Shown: piece after piece, positions 42,430 to 51,213 of the stretch
Numbering within the stretch: position 1 is the first letter of the stretch
Layout of the letters: each line of letters opens with the position of its first letter
Origin: Andalucia godoyi And28
Taxonomy: Eukaryota; Protista; Jakobida
NCBI GenBank assembly: GCA_009859145.1
Contig: VRVR01000001.1
Location: forward strand, 435,692 to 499,691
Direction of reading: 5' to 3'
DNA: 64,000 nucleotides
Notes under the pieces: generated by a model
Seen by the model: the letters and a program-made list of their open reading frames with translations, nothing else
What the model was told of the DNA's origin: nothing
The model's database searches: none
Position numbers and translations under genes: made by a program

Positions 42430-44298
42430 ATGAGCCGCGTGGTTTGTCGAAAGCCTTGGATTGTAGCTTCTCTAGTTGACTTTATCGAAAATTTCAAGTT
42501 TCCGATCCAAGAAAAAGTCGTTCAGATCGTGAGTGTGAAGTCGCTTTTGCTTCCTGAATCTCACTTTTTCTCTCGATTTTGGACGGCAAATTCAAATTCG
42601 GCATTGCTCAAGTTTGAGACGTTGGTACAGAATAAGATATTCGAGCAGTTTGCTCATTCTCCAGGATCCACATTTTCGTATTTTCGCTGTGCAGTCTCGG
42701 ACGGCCACTCTTTGATTTGGGCGCACTTGTCTGATTCTGCCTTTGGCTCGTTTCTGAAGCAACTGCTGCCGTTGAAACCGGGCGACATACAAGGGATTAC
42801 AGTGAAATTAGACGCCTTTTCGTTTGGAGTAGATCGAACAAACCATCAATTTGCTCTCAAGATTGACAAGGTTCGCGTTGTCGATCGATCTCGTTGCTTT
42901 CCATTTCGAAAAGAACTCCCCTTTGTCAACGATCGACCTCCCGTGCGCATTCTGTATCAGCGGATCGTTTCTTTCTACGAGTCCCATCAGTCTTCGTACG
43001 ACGCTGCAATTCACCAAGTCAGCTCGGAGACATCTGTGAACTTTCTCGCAGGCGGTCTGTTCACTCAGGATACCGAGCTTGTGGGACTGCTCGCGCTCGT
43101 ACGACTTGTCCAGCAATCCGGATCGATTCTGTCGCTGTCGTCGTCAACCTCTTCTTGTGCTCTTTCTGCCGCTGCTGCCGTGGATTTGCCAGCGGTTTTG
43201 CATCCTCCGCCGCCTCCTGTGAGCACCACAATCCTGTCAGCAAAAATGCAGTCCCGCAGCATGCTGGATGTTTCCGACAACCCCAGTCATCACGACCGTT
43301 CGCGAACACAACCAAACTCTAAAAAGATTCGCATGCTTGCTGGGGGCACATCGATCCGCTCGATGGATGTGCTACCCGCACTCCAGCTTCCCGAGCCGCA
43401 GAAATGGCTTATGAATTGGAACGATCGTCAAATGTTGGCAGTTCGAAGCACCGGCACTGACCAGCCCTTGAACCCTGCCTTCTCTCTTGTTCCACGGGGG
43501 TTCTCAAAGATTTCCTACCAAAAGGACAGCGCAACTCTGGATGTGGCGCGTCAGGCGCAGCTCCGTATTTCACAGGAGGACGAACCCGCGTTGACGCAAG
43601 AATTGGAGCACTCCGATCGAGTCCGCGTTCATCAGTCATCTGGTTCGCAATTTGAGACACAAGAAATGCGCGTGCACTCTGCGTGTGCTGGTGATCCCGG
43701 TGATGCGGAGGTTGAGAGCGGCAGCAACGGTCATGTCCATGAGCAGGACAGGGTGGTTAGTCCGTCTGACTTGGAGTTCTCACAGTCACCAGTGCGAAAG
43801 CGGGCCAGAGCATCCAGTTTTACTCACGAGAAAGCTTCAACGGAGGGTGATGAGAGCCTTGTCGACTGGGCAAAACTAATGTCTCCTGAAGGCAAGCGTT
43901 TGCTGGTCGATGAATCAATCGATATTGATCTTCCGTTTGCGGCAGTCCGTAGCCCCGCAGAGCACGAAGACAATGACGAAACCCAGGACCCAACCGCGAA
44001 TCTCCTTTATGCATTTGGGCCGAATGATGTGAACTCCAGTTTAAGCCGGGTTTCGGCAGGAGTTGATACGTCTTTCGTGTATACTCCATCCATGTTTGAA
44101 TCCAGCACCGGGTCCTTGGAGAATCGAAAGAGGATACTTCACGACGCCGACGAATCACAAACACCGGAGTCAAAACGCTCGCGCAGTGCGTCCGGAATGC
44201 ACTCCGGCGATGCCACCACTCCTTCCTCCGGCTCCAAGCTCACCACGAGTATTAACTGGTTTTTAAGCACCATTATCGGAATGCGCAAACCGCGTTAG
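42430..44298 (+). CDS. Putative TPP1/Est3-like OB-fold telomere protein with disordered C-terminus
   Basis: N-terminal KPWI, then VSDGHSLIWAHLS and alternating beta-strand pattern ending in LPFVNDRPPV, as in the TPP1 OB fold. Confidence 0.55.
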   Translation: MSRVVCRKPWIVASLVDFIENFKFPIQEKVVQIVSVKSLLLPESHFFSRFWTANSNSALLKFETLVQNKIFEQFAHSPGSTFSYFRCAVSDGHSLIWAHLSDSAFGSFLKQLLPLKPGDIQGITVKLDAFSFGVDRTNHQFALKIDKVRVVDRSRCFPFRKELPFVNDRPPVRILYQRIVSFYESHQSSYDAAIHQVSSETSVNFLAGGLFTQDTELVGLLALVRLVQQSGSILSLSSSTSSCALSAAAAVDLPAVLHPPPPPVSTTILSAKMQSRSMLDVSDNPSHHDRSRTQPNSKKIRMLAGGTSIRSMDVLPALQLPEPQKWLMNWNDRQMLAVRSTGTDQPLNPAFSLVPRGFSKISYQKDSATLDVARQAQLRISQEDEPALTQELEHSDRVRVHQSSGSQFETQEMRVHSACAGDPGDAEVESGSNGHVHEQDRVVSPSDLEFSQSPVRKRARASSFTHEKASTEGDESLVDWAKLMSPEGKRLLVDESIDIDLPFAAVRSPAEHEDNDETQDPTANLLYAFGPNDVNSSLSRVSAGVDTSFVYTPSMFESSTGSLENRKRILHDADESQTPESKRSRSASGMHSGDATTPSSGSKLTTSINWFLSTIIGMRKPR

Positions 44299-44739
44299 CA
44301 TGTGCCTTCTTCCTGCTGAATGTTATTATTATTATTATTATTGTTGTTGTTGCTGTTATTGTTATGATTCTGCATTTTGGTTTCCCCCATCCTGTACAGC
44401 TCGTTCTTGTTCTTCGTGCATACAGCAGAGCCGCTGCGTACGCGCTCGTAACGTCTGTGACCGCTCGCCAGGCATTTCGCCTTGATTAGTTATCGTCGTC
44501 TGCAATTCGGACCGAGACGATTGATTCGCAGGATCGGCAGGCATGCAGCACTGCAATAGTACCAATTAGAACCAATTAGTATTGATGCAGCGTATTCTTG
44601 ACATGCGCCTTTCCCGCTGTATAAGTCGCTCGTTGTCGATTTCTTTACATATAAAGCTGAAAGCCTCTTTCCAATTTGTTTCCTTCTCGCTTTCTGTCTT
44701 GTTGGTTTTCTAACGAGTAGAACAGACCAACACGGAAAC

Positions 44740-44877
44740 ATGCTGAGAAGACCTCCTACAAAGCTTGAAGTTGGAACCGAGGCTGATTTTGAAGATGTTT
44801 GCGCAGTCCGTGATTTCAACTGTCGATATCCCCGTATGAAAGACAACGACGGCTCACCGAAGCGTCCCTATTCCTGA
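44740..44877 (+). CDS. Possible CDC26/ANAPC12-like small APC/C subunit (may be spliced to an exon near 45001-45130)
   Basis: MLRRPPTKLEV..E.DFED resembles the conserved CDC26 N-terminus MLRR.PT.(L/I)EL. Confidence 0.45.
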   Translation: MLRRPPTKLEVGTEADFEDVCAVRDFNCRYPRMKDNDGSPKRPYS

Positions 44878-45221
44878 TCATTTGTCCTCTAATTGCTTGT
44901 TTTATTTCCCCTTCTTCTTCTCCTTACGTCCTCGTCGCCGTCGTCTTTTTATTTTTTTTATTTTTACGTTTTTTATTTTTTAAAAAAATGGATTTTTTAG
45001 ATTCTGCAAACGACGGAAAGCCTAGAAGAGTGTTTGGGTCGCAGGAACCTCAGAACACCATTGCGTCTCTTGCGCAACAAGCTCGGGCGCACTCTTCGAC
45101 CTCTAGTACCACCACTTCCCAATCATAATCCATTTCGTATGTACGGCTAATTGCAAAAATAATAAAAGGAATAATAAAAAGAAGAGAAGCAAAATGCATT
45201 GCGGGGGTGGTGGAACGTCTT

Positions 45222-45580
45222 CTATGTTTCAGTTGGCGAGATGGATGACAACGATAATGATGCTGATGATGATGCTCTGCAAGCCGGTGACGAAGACGGC
45301 TGCCTATGCTCAATCATTGCGAGTGAGACACCGGACCGAGTAGAAGGAAATCGAGAGAGAGAAAGGGGGGATGGTCGGTGTAATGCAAAGTACTGTGATA
45401 GAGCACCCCGGAATCCAAGCGCGTGGAGTAAAGGAAGAGAATCCAGCAACTTTCGAAATCCGACAAATGCAAGCACGACTGACAACACTCGAAGCTCGTG
45501 CCGTTCAAACCCAAACAAGACCATGGTTGATTCTTCTCTAGGAGTGGCGATGATGAGAGCTGGTTGTAGAACCTGCCTTG
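45222..45580 (-). CDS. Possible exon of an unidentified minus-strand gene (weak F-box-like pattern)
   Basis: Open frame after a CAG acceptor: VLQPALIIATPREESTMVLFGFERHELRVLSVVLAFVGFRKLLDSLPLL...; start not resolved. Confidence 0.3.
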
Positions 45581-45837
45581 TCGCGTTTTAAAAAATATGT
45601 TTATTATCGAATATCCAAAACAAATAATTATAATAATTATAATTAATACTCGTGCGCCGCCTATATGGATTATGCCGTAGCACAGTCGGGCAAATTTCCC
45701 CGCAAAAATCTCCGAAACCTCCGCCGACAAAGCGTACGAAATTCCCGAACGCCTACATTGTACAATAACCACGAATAATCATCGCTGATCACCCATAATC
45801 AATGTTGCAACCCAACAACATGCATAGCATGCTTGCC

Positions 45838-45960
45838 GGAGGCGGCAGCTGCTTTGCGTAGCGCATCGTGACGCACGTCGTATGGCACCTCTGCTAGCCA
45901 TGGATGCTGCAGCACAGTCTCAGAATCACTGTTGAGAAGCAGTGCGCGCAGCGCCTTGAT
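45838..45960 (-). pseudogene. Fanzor internal (REC-region) fragment
   Basis: IKALRALLLNSDSETVLQHPWLAEVPYDVRHDALRKAAAA resembles the Fanzor W-L-x-x-x-P-Y-D-(I/V)-R-x-x-A motif. Confidence 0.78.
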
Positions 45961-45964
45961 TTTG

Positions 45965-46110
45965 GGCCGGCTGTCCGACGGCGCGTTCGACGTCTGCGAG
46001 GCAGTACATGCGATGGGAGCCGGCGTGGATGCTGCGGATCGTTTCGGCGGGGCGGAGATGCCATAGGTCTTGCGCAGCGCTGCGGGCGTGACTTACATGG
46101 TGCGTTGCAT
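45965..46110 (-). pseudogene. IS607-type TnpA N-terminal MerR-like HTH fragment
   Basis: MQRT..VTPAALRKTYGISA-[deletion]-AETIRSIHAGSHRMYCLADVERAVG. Confidence 0.78.
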
Positions 46111-46460
46111 GGACAATAAGAATAAAAATAAGAAATGAGCGTCGCTGTGCGAGAATGCAGCGCGGCGGCGTGCTTATAGGGATTTTATGATCAAAACGAA
46201 GCGAAACGAATCGAGCATCGTGCGACGGAGTTGCTGAGATAACAAACGCATGCGAATGGGCGCGTGGCAGTGTTTTTGTTTTTACGTGCGCTAGATCATC
46301 AAAATTCCCGAACCGCATTGCGTTTCCGAGCTGTTTTTGGTCTTTTTCAGCCATTCGGCTTTTTCTGCATGCAGACGGTGTAGAGCAGACGAGTATCTGA
46401 CGGGAATTAGGCAATAAGGTCATCTAACTTGCAGAGACACAAACCAGAAAGAAAAGGAGG

Positions 46461-47096
46461 ATGAAGATGCGATTACGGACGCAAATTCATGTGTTGTTTG
46501 TTGTGTATGCGATTGGTATGCTGTTGTGTGTGATTGCGTTTGTGGATCGGACATGGTCGGAAGTGTCGATTGCGAGCATTCCTGATTCCGAATCTGCGGT
46601 GTTGCAGAGCATAGAGATCCGGTTTGGCTTATTCTACTACTGGGTCAAGTATAACCACCGCGATGGGCTGCGGGACGAGGACATTTTCCACATTTCAGAC
46701 ATCGGATCTCGCGACGCAGTTACTCGAGTGGGAAAAGTGCAGAGTTCGGCAAACTTTGCGACGGTTTGTTTGTCGATTGGCCTTGCATCCTCGATTGTCG
46801 CCGCGCTGCTGCTGCTCGCAGTCGAGAACAACAGGACAAAGTTCTTTGTCGGATGGGTGCTGTCCACCGTGTGTGCAGCCGGGTTTCTGATGGCCGCTTG
46901 TGTGTTTCAACCGGCGCTCAAACCCTCCGTGGACGACTACAGGAACTCCGGCTGGAGAGAGTCGCTTGTTTCTTCCACGGTTGGTGGCGGCTGGGCTCTG
47001 TGCTTTTCATCTGCAATCTTGCATGTTGGATGCCTTGCGTTTATGTTTGTCCAGCGAAAGAACTTTCGCGAGCGAAGCAGCTATGTTTCCATGTAG
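46461..47096 (+). CDS. Four-TM claudin/PMP22-like membrane protein
   Basis: Four hydrophobic helices; W after TM1 and RFGLF in the first loop. Confidence 0.7.
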   Translation: MKMRLRTQIHVLFVVYAIGMLLCVIAFVDRTWSEVSIASIPDSESAVLQSIEIRFGLFYYWVKYNHRDGLRDEDIFHISDIGSRDAVTRVGKVQSSANFATVCLSIGLASSIVAALLLLAVENNRTKFFVGWVLSTVCAAGFLMAACVFQPALKPSVDDYRNSGWRESLVSSTVGGGWALCFSSAILHVGCLAFMFVQRKNFRERSSYVSM

Positions 47097-47208
47097 AAAA
47101 TATTCTCTTTGTTTTTTCCCCCTTCTTCTCCCTTCTCTTTTCTTTTGATGAGGGTGTTGCTGCTGTCCTGGGAAGTCCGCAAGTCTTTTCGATACGTAAT
47201 CACGCAGA

Positions 47209-47250
47209 TAATCGCACAATCGCACAATCGCACAATCGCACAATCGCACA
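47209..47250. repeat. Tandem 8-mer (ATCGCACA) x about 5
   Basis: Directly visible. Confidence 0.85.
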
Positions 47251-47379
47251 TGGCATTCTAGAATGTAAAGCACAACTCAAGATGATAAAGGCAAGCGAAG
47301 CACGTGGCGCGGAGATCGGGAGGGATGCAGGTCTTCTGCGCAAGACTCTGTTTAATAGAGGCTGCCAGCTCACCGCTCA

Positions 47380-48407
47380 TCAGCACGATTCCAAAAGCAG
47401 AAGTTGCTCGGGGTCGTCTTGTAATTGATCTGTGAACTGCTGGAACTTCGCTGGAGTTTCGCCCCCGAGCTTCACTATCGCAACGAAGCCAGCCTTTCGG
47501 TCGGCCACATACAGGACTTGGTTGCAATCAACGAACATTCCCGCCGGATGATCAAAGCCATTTGTCAGTACGGATGCCAGATCCGTCTTGAGGTCCACGG
47601 CAATCACAGCATTGTCTCCTTCGACAGAAACGAGGAGTGTTTGACCGTCCTGCAAGAGCAGAATACCCACAGGCTGTCCACCCGAGCCAGATGTCCACAC
47701 GTCTCCAAGAAACTCCCCGGTCTGCACGCTGTACGAACGAACAACGCTTCCGCCATTGTCAGCAACATACAGAATGGACCCGTTTGCAGAGAAAACCATT
47801 CCCCGCGGCGTCACCAAGCCACCTTCTTTCTGCCCCACCGTTTGTGCCGACGGAGAAAACGTCCCCGCATCGAAGCTAAGCGTCGGAAACGTGTGTTGGA
47901 GATACGACGACACCGGACAAAGCACTCCTTTTGCATCGAAGCACAGCACCTCGGCTGTGTCCTGGTTCGACACATACACATTGCCCGACGTTTGGTGGAT
48001 CACAATCTTGTAGGGATGCACCAACCCGGGGTCAGACGCAGACAGATTCGCAAATACATCAACGAACTTGCGGATTCCAGAAGCCTGGTCGGCGGGTCCA
48101 AAGCGCAAGACAGACGAATGCGACTTGTGTGCATTGCAGACATACAGCACATCATTCGCCCGATCCAGGTGCAGCGACCGCAGCTCATCCAGCGTGATTC
48201 CCGAGGGAGGGTCCGCCAGCACCGCGCTGTTCACAATCGCTCCAGAACTGTCAAATGCAACAACATTGTTGATCGGTGTGTCTGATTCACCTCGGAACGT
48301 CGCATAGAACATTGCCTTGTTCGCGGCAAAAGCGTCTGTAGTCACACCCAGCACCAGCGCAAACACCACAAGCAGCCCGCGTGCAGTCATCATGCTCATC
48401 ATCATCA

Positions 48408-48408
<1 letters not shown>
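47380..48408 (-). CDS. Secreted beta-propeller protein (NHL/SMP-30-like)
   Basis: Signal peptide; repeats VHPYKIVI..NVYVSN, TPRGMVFS..LYVADN, QPVGILL, HPAGMFVD..LYVAD. Confidence 0.78.
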
Positions 48409-48442
<34 letters not shown>

Positions 48443-48943
48443 TTGCTGCTGCTGCTGCTGCTGCCGCTGCTGCTACCAGTCTACCACTTTTACACCAGCA
48501 TGCAACAATTGATAATGACGAGAAGCAATATCAAAATCAATACATTTGTTGAAAACAATAAACGAAAGAAAACCAAAAATAGAAGAGTGATTCTTCCCGC
48601 TATGCTTTCATGACTACAGTAGAAACATCGCATCCTTTTTTCCGGGTGGGTTCATTTGAGTGGCAAGCATCACATGAGTGACACACTGATCTACAGTTGG
48701 CGAAAAGAAACCCCAAGAAAAAATCCCCTTTTCAAAGCAAAATACCAGCAAACAAAGCAAAAAACGAAGAGAAGATAAGAAAAGATAAGAGAAGATAAGA
48801 AAAGATAAGATAAGATAAGAAAAGAAAAGAAAGCAAGCAACAAGGAATTTGACGATTCTGTGCAGTCCGCAGCCACGGAAAGTCTCCAAACAAAAGCAGC
48901 AAGAAATCAAGAAATCGGGAAGCAGAGCACCAGATTGAGAAAA

Positions 48944-51049
48944 ATGAGTGATCCTCTGAAGCTTCGATTTGGTCCAAAGGTGTCGATTTTGAATTCAGTG
49001 CTGTTTCTGCACAGCTTGCTCGTGAAACCTGGTGCGATTTCGCACGACAATTTCCCAGTCGCGCGAGTCTGCATTGCGCCTTTTTCGAGTCTTGAGCGGA
49101 TGTTTTCCGCGTCGGAAATCCAGAAGCGGACACCGGACTTGCTGAATGGAAAGTGGCTGTTGAGCGTGGATGAAATGGCGGCTTGCGGACCGATTGTGGA
49201 TGCGTTCTGCGAGGTCAATGGTACGATTACGAGTGTTTCCAAGGAGCCTGGTCAGTTTATTGCGGGGGATCTGGTCGTTGGAACTGTGGATCCGTGCAGA
49301 CATGAGCAGCTTCGGCTTTGGAAGTGTCTTATTTGCAATGCGGAAGTTCCTGCCGGGCCCAGGCGAGAAGAGTACGTGAATTGGCATGAGCATCCCGATG
49401 TGCAGATCTTGAAGACGACTGCACAGCAGCACGCGGTCGAGCAGATGAGCGCAATGGAAAAGTCCAAAAAACTGTTCCTTGTGCTTGATATCGACCATAC
49501 GTTGCTCCACGCGTCGATGTCGACGGCTCCTCAGATGTCCAGAGCGTATAACCAGAGACTGGAGACACTCCCAGAATATCAGACGTGGGATGAAGACACA
49601 AAATGGGAGTCGCGGATCCACGACTTGTACTTTGCGCAGACGTATCATGCCGTGAAGTTCCGTCCAGGATTGCGCAGGTTTCTGCGAGAATCACATGCAA
49701 TGTTTCAGCTTTTGGTCTTCACCTTCGGGTCAAGACCGTATGCAGAAGCGGTGGTCAAAGTCTTTGATCCGCAGCGCAATTTCTTCTCTTCCAGAATCGT
49801 GTCGCGCGACGATTGTCCAGATGGGTCTTTGAAGACTCTGGAACGGCTGTTCTCTGCCAACCATCACTCCGTGCTGATTGTGGACGACTCGCCGCATGTC
49901 TGGAACTATGTTCGCAACGTCATTACGATTCCGAAGTACGTATTCTTTCCTGAGGTGGACAACCGGCCTTTAGACCCAAGCGGCCAGCGTGGACTGGACA
50001 TCGACTATACGATCGCACATCATGCGCCGCTTCCGACGGCTATGCTGGATTCCTCTCTGGCATCTGTGTTTCAAACCCTTTCCGACGTTCACAAGTCCTT
50101 TTTTGCCGCACCTGCAGACTCGAAAAAGGACGTAACGCAATTTCTGAAAGAGCGAGAGTTCCCGTCGGTAGGCCAGTTCCTATTCGACTGTGTGATTGTC
50201 TTTTCGGGTTTAATTCCACGCGGTGAACCGCGACCAGAGTCCTTCGATCTCTGGAAGAAGGCAGAAGCCTGCGGAGCATCGTGTTCCTTAACCATGACTT
50301 CGGAAACGACCCATCTAGTCACTGCGTCCGTCGGCACGGAAAAAGCGCAGGAAGCTTTGCAACGTGGGGATGTGTTCGTCGTCAAGCCGGCGTGGGTCAA
50401 TGCATGCTACGAACTTCGTGAAAGGATGTTTGAGGTTCCGTTCTTGTTCATGTTCACAAAGTCCAAGCAGTTAAACACTCCCGATGTTCCAGCATCCGGA
50501 GAGGAACTTGTTGATCTGAACAAGTCGTTTGCAGAACAGGACCGCCAGACATTCTCAGAGTACCGCTTCCTCGTTCAGGAAATCAAATTTTCTCTGGAAT
50601 CGCTGCGGACTGCATCCGAACAGCTGCAAGATTTTGCGGATATGACAGCTTTTTTGGGCGCTGACTTGCAGAAGCGCCGCGAAAGGCTGGGGGTTCCACC
50701 GCAAACGCCGACTCCGAGTGCCCTCGGCTTACAGGCATCCGTGTCTTTTCCGGATGCGCAGAATGAACACAATCACACATTTTCTGCAGAATCCGAGGAC
50801 GAAGAATACGAGAGGTCCCGCAACCGTGCAGAGCGGGAAATGGAAGAAAAGGACGGAAGTGACTGGGAGGACGAAATTGGTGGACCATTTCGAAAGACGC
50901 CTCGTCGAATGTCAGCACGCGGCGGTGGGATGCTTCATGCGTCCACCGAAGAAGCCTTGGCCAGCCTGGACTGGGACGCCGATGAACTCGAGGGCGGCGG
51001 GTATGAAAGCGAGGATCGACTGTCCAATGACGAGGAGGCCGGATACTAA
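48944..51049 (+). CDS. FCP1/CTDP1-like Pol II CTD phosphatase with BRCT domain
   Basis: LVLDIDHTLLH (DxDxT), KFRPG, FSSRIVSRD, KTLERLF, ILIVDD-like motif, BRCT with THLV and W; acidic tail. Confidence 0.87.
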   Translation: MSDPLKLRFGPKVSILNSVLFLHSLLVKPGAISHDNFPVARVCIAPFSSLERMFSASEIQKRTPDLLNGKWLLSVDEMAACGPIVDAFCEVNGTITSVSKEPGQFIAGDLVVGTVDPCRHEQLRLWKCLICNAEVPAGPRREEYVNWHEHPDVQILKTTAQQHAVEQMSAMEKSKKLFLVLDIDHTLLHASMSTAPQMSRAYNQRLETLPEYQTWDEDTKWESRIHDLYFAQTYHAVKFRPGLRRFLRESHAMFQLLVFTFGSRPYAEAVVKVFDPQRNFFSSRIVSRDDCPDGSLKTLERLFSANHHSVLIVDDSPHVWNYVRNVITIPKYVFFPEVDNRPLDPSGQRGLDIDYTIAHHAPLPTAMLDSSLASVFQTLSDVHKSFFAAPADSKKDVTQFLKEREFPSVGQFLFDCVIVFSGLIPRGEPRPESFDLWKKAEACGASCSLTMTSETTHLVTASVGTEKAQEALQRGDVFVVKPAWVNACYELRERMFEVPFLFMFTKSKQLNTPDVPASGEELVDLNKSFAEQDRQTFSEYRFLVQEIKFSLESLRTASEQLQDFADMTAFLGADLQKRRERLGVPPQTPTPSALGLQASVSFPDAQNEHNHTFSAESEDEEYERSRNRAEREMEEKDGSDWEDEIGGPFRKTPRRMSARGGGMLHASTEEALASLDWDADELEGGGYESEDRLSNDEEAGY

Positions 51050-51213
51050 AATTGTAGTTTTCCATATTAATTGTACATTTCAAAGATTTCAAGAAGAAAG
51101 TTCTGTGTGACGAACAAGCTCCGGGACATTCTTGTCCCTGGAAAGGAAGGAAGGGAGGGAGGGGGAACACGGGTGTTGAATAAAATCTGCACTCGTCTTC
51201 ATGACCACAAACT

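Larger units (their letters stand above)
45750..46301 (-). mobile_element. Element C: 552-bp internally deleted IS607/Fanzor-like element flanked by an 11-12 bp direct repeat
   Basis: Left about 240 bp homologous to element B; terminus CGCCTACATTgTACA shared with A and B; TnpA HTH and Fanzor REC remnants; AAATTCCCGAAC at 45739-45750 and 46302-46313. Confidence 0.87.

Noticed and set aside
14445-46301. All three elements lie on the minus strand
   Set aside because: With three copies, the same orientation has probability 1/4, which is not significant.
46408-46416. 9-nt match (TATTGCCTA, minus strand) to the start of the element A guide, about 100 bp from element C
   Set aside because: A 9-mer match is expected about 0.5 times by chance over both strands of 64 kb, and the match stops at base 10.
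45926-46423. 165-aa ORF, and likewise the ORFs 35498-35872 and 35240-35494
   Set aside because: These are chimeric read-throughs of flank, left end and frameshifted element remnants, not genes.
23808-48830. Short tandem arrays (AAACAATC, ATCGCACA, AGATAAGAGA) considered as CRISPR-like
   Set aside because: Head-to-tail simple repeats with no spacers.
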